Made by a program: the position numbers and the translations under genes. From an uncultured Rivularia sp. (GTDB lineage Bacteria > Cyanobacteriota > Cyanobacteriia > Cyanobacteriales > Nostocaceae), in the NCBI GenBank assembly GCA_963665115.1, contig OY762007.1, positions 7,180,679 through 7,220,678 of the forward strand: DNA of 40,000 bases. The letters are read 5' to 3'. A model generated the notes under the pieces. The model ran no database searches and had not been told where the DNA came from. It saw nothing but the letters and a program-made list of their open reading frames with translations. The stretch's first letter is position 1; every line of letters starts with the position of its first letter. This document shows, piece by piece, positions 10,393-18,526 of the stretch.

Positions 10393-10731
10393 CTAAGCAT
10401 TGATAAACTTTTCAGCAGCATTCGCTAATGTTTCATCCATCCAAGCATTGATACTTTTACCGGATTTTTTCGCTGCAATAAAGATTTTGCGGTGATTTTC
10501 TGGAGTTGTACGGAAAGGAAGTTTACCAGAAAAAGGTTTTTCGGGTTTTTCACCTAAATCTTCGCAGTAAGCAAGATAATCATCGACTGAATTATGAAAT
10601 TCTTGACGTGCTTCTTCAACAGTTTCCGCTTTGAATGTTATTACGTCATTAATATCGATAACTCTGCCAAATAAAATCGATGCTTCTGTATCTACTTCAA
10701 TGATTGCTGTATAGCCTTTGTAAGTCATCAT
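10393..10731 (-). CDS. HicB-family antitoxin, orphan copy (near duplicate of 12673..13011)
   Basis: MMTYKGYTAIIEVDTEASILFGRVIDINDVITFKAETVEEARQEFHNSVDDYLAYCEDLGEKPEKPFSGKLPFRTTPENHRKIFIAAKKSGKSINAWMDETLANAAEKF; partial HicB fold plus C-terminal RHH-like segment. Start trimmed from the 10806 ORF start to MMTYKGY by comparison with the other copy. Confidence 0.85.
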   Translation of the reverse strand: MMTYKGYTAIIEVDTEASILFGRVIDINDVITFKAETVEEARQEFHNSVDDYLAYCEDLGEKPEKPFSGKLPFRTTPENHRKIFIAAKKSGKSINAWMDETLANAAEKFINA

Positions 10732-10754
10732 AGTTCGATTTATGCTTTTTTCGA

Positions 10755-10775
10755 TGATATCATGATACGATATCA
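10755..10775. promoter_or_regulatory. candidate HicB operator palindrome, copy 1
   Basis: TGATATC-ATGATAC-GATATCA (7-7-7), the same half-sites and spacing as at 13293-13313. Confidence 0.5.
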
Positions 10776-10943
10776 ATATAAATGCGTTCGCAAACCCCGA
10801 TCGCATTGGTGTGGTTTGCCAAATCTTGCACTTCTCGCAATCAACAAAAACGCCCGCGGGTTGGAAACCTGGGGCTACAGAAGCAAAGCCCGTCTAAGCC
10901 GCAGCTTCGCTGAACACGGGCTAAGATTATTTTTGTATAGATT

Positions 10944-11014
10944 GTAGGTTGGGTTAGGCGCACAAAGAATATAAATTTTAATTAGGAATTAAATTGCAAC
11001 CTAACCCAACATTA
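10944..11014. repeat. dispersed palindromic repeat (GTAGGTTGGGTTAG ... CTAACCCAAC family)
   Basis: GTTGGGTTAGGCGCA...GCAACCTAACCCAAC; related copies at 30373-30435, 30900-30961 and 31412-31473. Confidence 0.6.
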
Positions 11015-11130
11015 ACCCATTTTTGATCGTCTTTTCCCCACTCGTTTAGCAGTTTTAGTGCTTTACTAAATTTATTATAAATGTTATAAGATGCTATCAA
11101 AGGTTGGTTGGTAGTTGCAAGTTTAACGAA
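11015..11130. pseudogene. mixed fossil: parD-like fragment next to hicB-like fragment
   Basis: Minus strand reads FSKALKLLNEWGKDDQKW (compare VISKALKLLDEWEKDYQKW of ParD at 12307-12573). Plus strand GATGCTATCAAAGGTTGGTTGGTAGTTGCAAG (from about 11090) matches GATGCTATCCAAGGTTGGTTAGAAGTTGCAAG in the intact hicB at 13690-13890. Confidence 0.6.
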
Positions 11131-11144
11131 ATAAATTAATTTAT

Positions 11145-11321
11145 ATGACAACTGATAAACTTTCTGAAGAAAAGGTTGAAAAAGTACAAATATTTCCACA
11201 CCCTTTAGCAAAAATTGCTGGTAAGTTTAAAGGAGAGTTTTGGGAAAGCACTTTGAAGAATATTCAGAATTTTAGAAAGAGAGAAAAAGAAGAAAATAAC
11301 AGGTTTTTTGATAATCAATAA
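11145..11321 (+). CDS. small hypothetical protein (58 aa)
   Basis: Manual reading: MTTDKLSEEKVEKVQIFPHPLAKIAGKFKGEFWESTLKNIQNFRKREKEENNRFFDNQ. Below the track's length cut-off. Confidence 0.4.
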   Translation: MTTDKLSEEKVEKVQIFPHPLAKIAGKFKGEFWESTLKNIQNFRKREKEENNRFFDNQ

Positions 11322-11411
11322 TTGTTTGGGTAAGTTTAAGTGAATTAAACATTCTGAAAGACTGAATAAATAAATGATATAATTAAATTTAGTAACTATT
11401 TTGTTATAGTA

Positions 11412-11633
11412 ATGCCTCTCACAGAACTTTTACCTCATTTAAAACAACTATCCCAAAACGATAAACTTTTGTTATTGCATTTCTTAGTTAACGAAATGTT
11501 GAATGAATCTGGTTTAGTTCCATTAGATAATCAAGACAAAACATCAAACCTTGGTTTACATGACTCATTTGAAGCTGCTGCTGTTTTAGCACAAGCTTTA
11601 GCAGAAGCCAAAAAAGCACCAACAAATGGTTGA
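11412..11633 (+). CDS. small hypothetical protein upstream of and overlapping an aspartyl protease-like gene
   Basis: 73 aa MPLTELLPHLKQLSQNDKLLLLHFLVNEML...; overlaps the next ORF by 8 nt. Confidence 0.6.
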   Translation: MPLTELLPHLKQLSQNDKLLLLHFLVNEMLNESGLVPLDNQDKTSNLGLHDSFEAAAVLAQALAEAKKAPTNG

Positions 11634-12039
11634 TAAAGTCAGATTTCCATTCATTCAAGCAAATCCAGATTTGGGAGAATTAAGTACATTTCCCTATCTT
11701 CCTTTGACTTTAAGCTATCAAAATCAGTCTTGTAAGGTATTGGGTTTATTAGATACAGGTTCGAGCGTTAATGTCTTACCTTACGAAATCGGATTGAGAT
11801 TGGGAGCAATTTGGGAGCGTCAAACAATGTCCGTTCCTTTAGGAGGTAATTTATCTCGATTTGAAGCAAGAGCATTAGTTGTAACGGCAACAGTAGAATC
11901 ATTTTCTCCCGTAGAATTAGCTTTTGCTTGGACGAAAGATAGAAATGCTCCTTTAATTTTGGGACAGATGAACTTTTTCTTGGAATTTGATGTATGTTTT
12001 TATCGTGCTGATTTAGCTTTTGAGATTAGTAAAAAATAA
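11626..12039 (+). CDS. retropepsin-like aspartyl protease family protein
   Basis: 137 aa with LGLLDTGSSVNVLPYEIGLRLGA (D-T-G-S) and APLILGQMNFFLEFDV. Confidence 0.7.
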   Translation: MVDKVRFPFIQANPDLGELSTFPYLPLTLSYQNQSCKVLGLLDTGSSVNVLPYEIGLRLGAIWERQTMSVPLGGNLSRFEARALVVTATVESFSPVELAFAWTKDRNAPLILGQMNFFLEFDVCFYRADLAFEISKK

Positions 12040-12044
12040 ATAAA

Positions 12045-12257
12045 TCAAGCCGACATCAAACCCCGCTTCGGTTCAGGAATATTATGTCCTAAATCTTGAG
12101 CAGTTTCAATCCACTCTTGCATAACTATCTCCACATTTTGCAAAGCTTCTTGATAATTTTCACCGTCAGCGGCGCAACCGGGTAATTCTGGTAATTCTGC
12201 AATAAATGCTTCGTCTTCTTGACTGTAGTAGAGGATGATTTTGTAGCGGAGTTTCAT
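12045..12257 (-). CDS. HicB-family antitoxin without an adjacent hicA
   Basis: 70 aa; YYSQEDEAFIAELPELPGCAADGENYQEALQNVEIVMQEWIETAQDLGHNIPEPK. Confidence 0.8.
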   Translation of the reverse strand: MKLRYKIILYYSQEDEAFIAELPELPGCAADGENYQEALQNVEIVMQEWIETAQDLGHNIPEPKRGLMSA

Positions 12258-12310
12258 ATATCCTCTTCTAATTCTTTATTTGCTTCTGAGGAGATAATAT
12301 GTTGTTTCAT
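12254..12310 (-). pseudogene. parE toxin stub (first 18 codons)
   Basis: ATG overlaps the parD stop (tcATGA) and reads MKQHIISSEANKELEEDI*, a ParE/RelE-like N-terminus, then stops overlapping the hicB ATG. Confidence 0.55.
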
Positions 12311-12573
12311 GATTGATTCTCTCTAACTTTGCGTAGCTTCTCTCGCAGTCGCTCAACTACAACTTCGCCATCAATACCTTCACCTCTTTCTAATTGCTCA
12401 ACAGCAACTTCTACTTTTTGACGAGTTTCTTCAACCCATTTTTGATAGTCTTTTTCCCACTCGTCTAGCAGTTTTAGTGCTTTACTAATAACTTGTTCTG
12501 GATTTTCATATTTACCCTTAGCAATTTGCCCTTGAATAAATTGCTCATCTTCGGGCTTGAGTCTAATATTCAT
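12307..12573 (-). CDS. ParD-family antitoxin
   Basis: 88 aa MNIRLKPEDEQFIQGQIAKGKYENPEQVISKALKLLDEWEKDYQKWVEETRQKVEVAVEQLERGEGIDGEVVVERLREKLRK. Confidence 0.85.
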   Translation of the reverse strand: MNIRLKPEDEQFIQGQIAKGKYENPEQVISKALKLLDEWEKDYQKWVEETRQKVEVAVEQLERGEGIDGEVVVERLREKLRKVRENQS

Positions 12574-12672
12574 GATTTTTTTGAATATGGATAAGCATGG
12601 AAGTACTTTTTATTATGACGCAATGGCTTTTAGATTGTAGGTTGGCTTCACGGTGTCCAACCCAACCTACTA

Positions 12673-13011
12673 CTAAGCATTAATAAACTTTTCAGCAGCA
12701 TTCGCTAATACTTCATCCATCCAAGCATTAATACTTTTGCCAGATTTTTTTGCTGCGATAAAAATCTTGCGGTGATTTTCTGGAGTTGTACGAAAAGGAA
12801 GTTTTCCAGAAAAAGGTTTTTCGGGCTTTTCACCCAAATCTTCACAGTAAGCAAGATAATCATCAACCGAATTATGAAACTCTTGACGTACTTCTTCAAT
12901 CGTTTTTGCTTTAAATGTTATTACGTCATTTATATCGATAACTCTGCCAAATAGTATTTCGGCTTCCGTATCTACTTCAATAATTGCTGAATAGCCTTTG
13001 TAAGTCATCAT
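12673..13011 (-). CDS. HicB-family antitoxin, second copy
   Basis: 112 aa, nearly identical to 10393..10731 at protein and DNA level; start overlaps the end of the frameshifted hicA. Confidence 0.85.
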   Translation of the reverse strand: MMTYKGYSAIIEVDTEAEILFGRVIDINDVITFKAKTIEEVRQEFHNSVDDYLAYCEDLGEKPEKPFSGKLPFRTTPENHRKIFIAAKKSGKSINAWMDEVLANAAEKFINA

Positions 13012-13270
13012 AGTTCGATTCCAGCTTTAATTAAAAATTCTCTAACAGATTTAACGGCTCCTTTATCGGTTTCTTTTTCTAGATGTAGTTCGTGAAAAAC
13101 AGCTTTTACATTATTCAATTTAACCCTTACCCGCGAACCTTTTCCTTGACTAACATTTACTCACCCAGGGCTACAAATAAACTTTCAATATTGTTCCAAA
13201 GGATATTTGCAGGTATTGGATCTGTAAAAATCAACTCTAGCGTTTTGTGTTGCTTGTTATTTAGATCCAT
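13008..13270 (-). pseudogene. hicA-like toxin gene, frameshifted
   Basis: MDLNNKQHKTLELIFTDPIPANILWNNIESLFVALG(E*) then, in another frame, NVSQGKGSRVRVKLNNVKAVFHELHLEKETDKGAVKSVREFLIKAGIEL. Break at about 13157-13166; the span of 263 nt is one base short of a multiple of three. Confidence 0.75.
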
Positions 13271-13292
13271 TAGGAATACTCCTAATTACAAA

Positions 13293-13313
13293 TGATATCA
13301 CTAAACGATATCA
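13293..13313. promoter_or_regulatory. candidate HicB operator palindrome, copy 2
   Basis: TGATATC-ACTAAAC-GATATCA directly upstream of the hicA-like start. Confidence 0.55.
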
Positions 13314-13408
13314 TGAAAAAGCGATCGCCATTTTTATTTTTGCTGAAAACTACGGTAATAGCAATTCTGGACGAAAGCATTTAAAGAAAATTTGGTAATT
13401 ATTTTTAT

Positions 13409-13541
13409 TTGACAAAAGAGTATCAGCGTTGTATTGTTTGCTACATAGCACTGAATTAAGTGTAGAGTTGGCAAGACGTGGTGTCTTGATAAACTAGAAA
13501 ATGGCAACCAGACCTTTAATTCCTTTTGGTCTGGTTGTAAA
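13409..13541 (+). ncRNA. candidate small RNA locus (promoter-like motif plus two hairpins)
   Basis: TTGACA (13409-13414), 17 nt, TATTGT (13432-13437); then CAAGAC-GTGGT-GTCTTG (13472-13488) and CAACCAGACC-13 nt-GGTCTGGTTG (13505-13537). No ORF in this gap. Confidence 0.3.
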
Positions 13542-13689
13542 AAGCACAGTCAGGCATAAGCTAAGACTTAAGTTCACAAATTTATTGCTATTTATCTCTA
13601 TACTAAAAAACGTATTTTTCTCTTGGGTATTAGACAATTATATAAATCAGCTAAAATTGCCAATATAACTTTACACGAGATAATTACCA

Positions 13690-13890
13690 ATGAAAATTAA
13701 AGCGGTAATCTGGCAAGAAGATGATGTATGGTGCGCTTCTGTACCAGCTTTACCTGGGTGTCACACTTGGGGTAATAGTTATGAACATTTATTAGAAATG
13801 CTCGAAGATGCTATCCAAGGTTGGTTAGAAGTTGCAAGCGAAAGAGAACAGGTAGATCCACAGAAAAAATTAGTTGAATTATCGCTATGA
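13690..13890 (+). CDS. hicB: HicB-family antitoxin
   Basis: 66 aa; VIWQEDDVWCASVPALPGCHTWGNSYEHLLEMLEDAIQGWLEVASERE; ATGA overlap with hicA. Confidence 0.88.
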   Translation: MKIKAVIWQEDDVWCASVPALPGCHTWGNSYEHLLEMLEDAIQGWLEVASEREQVDPQKKLVELSL

Positions 13891-14096
13891 AAGCTGTATC
13901 AGGAAAAGCGCTGTGTAAAATTCTTGAGCAGCGAGGTTGGGTGCTAAAAAGAATGACTGGTAGTCATCATATTTATTCAAAAGAAGGAATAGATTCAATT
14001 ATTTCTGTTCCCGTTCATAGTAATCGCGATTTACCAATTGGTACATTGAAAAGCATTATGAAGGATGCACAACTTGAGGAAGATGATTTAAGTTGA
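13887..14096 (+). CDS. hicA: HicA-family toxin (intact)
   Basis: 69 aa; GKALCKILEQRGWVLKRMTGSHHIYSKEGIDSIISVPVHSNRDLPIGTLKSIMKDAQL. Confidence 0.9.
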   Translation: MKAVSGKALCKILEQRGWVLKRMTGSHHIYSKEGIDSIISVPVHSNRDLPIGTLKSIMKDAQLEEDDLS

Positions 14097-14233
14097 TAGC
14101 AATTTTTCGTATTCAAAATCGTGCTTAATCCCCTCTGCGTACCTCCGCGCAAACCTCCGCGCCCCTCTGCGTTTAAAAAAAAACCGCACAAAGTACGGGC
14201 TAAAAAAACAACAAATTAAATCCGAATTTCTAC

Positions 14234-17200
14234 CTACTCAATCCCTTCAATCTTATCCTCAACCTGCTGATACAATTCCCGCAACTTATCCAAGTTACTT
14301 TCATCTGTATCCCAGTAACCTCTACCATTAGCTTCCAACAATGAAGTCACCATCTTTCTAAAAGAATGCGGATTTAAGTTCAATAACCTTTCCTGCATTT
14401 CCTGATCTTTCATAAAGGTGTCATTGGTATCTTCGTAAACCCAGTTATCAACAGCATCTGCTGTTGCACTCCAACCAACTGTATTTACTAAGCGTTTGGA
14501 TAATTCCCTCACTCCTTCGTAACCGTGAGATAACATCCCTTCATACCACTTAGGATTCAACAATTTAGTTCGAGAATCCAAGCGCACGGTTTCCGACAAA
14601 GTACGAACTTGGGCGTTTGCTGTGGTGGTATCTGCCATGTAGGATACTGGCTTTTTACCATCTTTCCGCAAGCTAGCTACTACTTTGGTGGGATCGGAAT
14701 CGTAGTAGTGGGAAACGTCGGTTAAACTAATTTCGGAGGAATCTAAGTTTTGGAAGGTGACATCGGCAGTTTGCAATGCACTTTCAAAGATTTTCCGCGA
14801 GTTTTCCATCATTCCTGGGTTATCTGCGGTGAATGCAAAGGATTTGCGTTTCAGGTACATTTCCTGTAATTCCCCTTCTTCTTCCCAAGTACTATTTTCC
14901 ACCGCTAAGTTGATGTTGGAAGAGTAGGAGCCGGAAGCGTTGGAAAATACGCGGGTTGCTGCTTGACGCAAATTAATTCCCATTTCTTCGGCTTGCTTGA
15001 GAGCGTGTTTTCTCACAAAGTTCATTTCTAAGGGTTCGTCGGCTTCTGCTGCCATTTTTACCCCTTGATCTAACAGGTTCATTTGGTTGACAAACAAGTC
15101 GCGGAATACGCCGGAGCAGTTAATTACTGCATCGATTCTCGGTCTTCCCAACTCTTCTAAGGGTACTAATTCTAACTTGTTGACTCTTCCCAAAGCATCT
15201 GGAACCGGCCGCACGCCTACCATCCACATTATCTGTGCTAGTGATTCCCCGTAGGTTTTTATATTGTCGGTTCCCCATAATACACAGGCGATGGTTTCGG
15301 GATATTCGCCGCCGTTGTCGCGCATTTGTCTATCTAACAATCTATCTACAACGACTTTCGCAGATTTAACTGCTGCCATTGTAGGAATTGATTGCGGATC
15401 TAAAGCGTGGATATTTTTACCTGTAGGTAAAACGTCGGGGTTACGAATTGGATCTCCTCCGGGGCCCCAGGTAAAACGTATTCACCTTCCAATCCTTTGA
15501 GTAATGCTCCGAGTTCGTTATCGGCGCATACTTGTTGTAAACAGAATTCCAAGTATTCAAATAAGGGTTTTAATGCTTCCTTATCAACATTGGGATAACC
15601 TGCTTGATGCAAAGCTTCTATCCAAGGTTCTTTTTTACCCATATTGAAGAAGTTCAATTTGGAAACCAGGGATACTCTACCTTCTGCGTCGATTTGCGCT
15701 TTCACCAATGCACCAACGGTTTCGCGGGTAGTAGTTGTGATGTGTTGCAGCAATTCCACATCTTCTAAAATACCTTTGTCGCTGTTACGATAAATTTCTT
15801 CGATGTCGCGTTTAATACTGTTAGCTATAATCCTTGGTAAGCTAATCAGTTCAGACTCTTCTCGATCTAACTCAGCGATATTAACCAAAGTAGCGATTGC
15901 TTCCTCTGCCGTGGGGGGCTTACCAACTACGTGTAAACCACATGGCAACAGTCGCGATTCTATCTCCATCAACCGACGGTAGACGCTACCAACGATATTA
16001 TCGCGCTCTTCTGCGGACATTTCCTTGCAACTGTCTTCCGGCAAGTTGATATCTTTATCTAAATTCACCATCCGGGCTTTATCCATGATGGTATCGACGA
16101 TTGCAACTCCTCTTCCGGTGTCTTTGAGGGTTTGGTAGGAACCAATTAGTTCGCTTAATTCTTTCAAACCTTTATATAAACCGGCGTTTTCTGCGGGGGG
16201 TGTTAAATAAGATATCGTTTCCGCATAGCTGCGACGTTTGGCAATTGTGGCTTCACTGGGATTATTTGCAGCGTAATAATATAAGTTGGGAATCGTACCA
16301 ATTAAACTATCGGGATAACATTCACCCGACATTCCCATTTGCTTTCCTGGCATAAATTCCAAGGAGCCGTGAGTACCGAAGTGCAGTACCGCGTCGGCAC
16401 CCCAAATTTTTTCCAGGTATGTGTAGTATGCAGCAAAACCGTGGTGGGGACTTGCAGAGCGGGAAAATAACAACCTCATTGGATCGCCTTCATAACCAAA
16501 TGTTGGCTGTACCCCAATAAATAAGTTACCGAAATGCTTCCCGTAAACTAATAAATTCTGTCCGTCGCTGTTTAAATTTCCTGGAGGTGCCCCCCAATTT
16601 TCTTCCAAACGCTGGGAATATGGTGTTAATTCTTCATATTCCGGAACCGACATCCGATAAGCAACGTTTAATTCGGGGCTGGCATACTGTGCCTGTACGT
16701 CGTGGATGACTTGTTCCATTAACTCTTTGGCACTACCAGGTAATTCGGGTAAATCGTAGCCATTATTTTGTAAAGCTTTCATTACCTCGTATATGGAACC
16801 GAATACATCTAAATATGCTGCGGTTCCGACATTACCTTTATCCGGTGGGAAGCTAAATACAGTAATCGCCACCTTCTTATCTAACTTGGGCTTACGGCGC
16901 AAATTCGCCCATTTCATTGCTCTTTGAGCAACTGCTTCAACTCTATCTTGGAGAGCGATCGCCTTCCAGTAGCGCCATCTTTACCAGATAAAATTATCGG
17001 TTCAATCGCACCATCTAATTCGGGTATGGCAATTTGTAAAGCGACCTGAATCGGATGCAATCCTAAATCGCTTTCCATCCATTCTTCGGTAGTTTGGAAT
17101 ACCAAAGGTAAGGCAACCATATACGGACGATTTAACCGCTTCAACGAGTCAATCGCCTTCGGGTGGTCTTGTCTGGCGGGACCACCAACTAAAGCAAATC

Positions 17201-18246
17201 CTGTTAAAGATACTACAGCATCAATTAAAGGAGTGCCTTCCTTATTACCTTTATTTAACGTAGAAGTTTCATAAAAATAAGCATCTACTGGCTTAGAAAA
17301 ATCCAAACCACCAGCGAAAACGGGAATTACCTTAGCTCCCATCGCTTCAAATTCCTGGACAAGTGCCACATAATGTGCATCATCACCAGTAACCAAGTGA
17401 GTCCGCTGCAATACTAAACCAATACAGGGCGCTAAGGGATCTTTTAAATCGTCAGAAATATCCTTACGGCTACTAAACCAGTTGAGATACTCCTTCACAT
17501 CCTCAAACATCGTCGGCGCTAAAGGATGCCAAACTCCCATATCGGGATACACAACCGGGGCTTGATATTCTTTTGCAAAAACGAAATTGCTTTGATCGAC
17601 ATCTTTTAAAACATATTTATCAGCCAGCATTAATAAGAAGTTCTCTAAATTATCAGAAGAGCCTCCCAACCAATACTGAAAACTCAACATGAAATTACGA
17701 GCATCTTGAGCCTTTTCAACCGGCAGATACTTTAATACAGAAGGCAGAGTCCCGCAGCAGCTTCAACATTCCATCTTGAAAAGACGAACCGGATTTCTCC
17801 TTGCGCTTCTTCATAAAGCTGGCGATCGCACTCTTTGACTGTCCCAAATTCGCCAAGGAAAAGCTACCCATCTTATTCAGACGCATAACTTCCGGCATCG
17901 AAGGGAAACATACAGCCACATCAAAGTTATCGCGATGGGGCTGCACTGCTGCAACTACCTTCTGAGCTAAATCTTCAATAAAAATAAGTGAAGCGATAAA
18001 AACATTCGCGGTTTCTACATCCTTCTGAAACTGTTCGTAATTTTCTGGCGAACGAAGTTCCTCAATCAAATAACCGCTGATTTCAATAGCAATGTTGGGG
18101 TGATTATCGTTTATAGTCCGTACCGCTTGTGATAAAGCACTCTGATACTGGGACTCTAACACGACATAGACCACCTTAATTAAATGTCGCCCTTCGAGGT
18201 TATCAGGCTTGATGTGTCTAATGGTGGACTTGACGTGAGTAAACAT
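14234..18246 (-). CDS. chlH: magnesium chelatase subunit H, broken into four ORFs by three frame changes
   Basis: Pieces 17716..18366 (true start probably [16 protein letters not shown] at 18246), 16914..17690, 15400..16917 and 14234..15379 join collinearly as full-length ChlH. Breaks: extra C at 17751-17753; missing base at TTCC about 16964; two-base excess (or equivalent) at GGGGCCCC 15461-15468. Confidence 0.92.
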
Positions 18247-18526
18247 ACGTTTCCTCGCTCCTATGATGCGTGTTCTCTGGTTCGGCACTAAATGTTTTTT
18301 ATCAGAAATTGCCGCCTTTATGGACGTTTTGTCGTCTAACTGACACAATTCGATAAATTTAAACAATTTTTGCTTTACATTACTTTACGTTTTTTTGGTG
18401 TGCTTACTCACATTTAGTAAATTATTTGTAATATTTATATTTGGTTATTTGGTTATTGATGGATAAAAGTTTATAAAACCTTACTAGAGCGCTAAGGACG
18501 CTAAGGGAAGAGGTTAAAGAGAGGTT

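Noticed and set aside
12705-12954. ORFs 12705..12899 and 12772..12954 on the plus strand
   Set aside because: Antisense to the HicB gene; no support.
13092-13295. 67-aa plus ORF
   Set aside because: Antisense to the frameshifted hicA.
14234-18246. Programmed ribosomal frameshifting in chlH (and other split genes)
   Set aside because: Breaks occur at three unrelated sites with both plus and minus shifts, no common slippery heptamer, and intact homologues are continuous; sequence error or decay is simpler.
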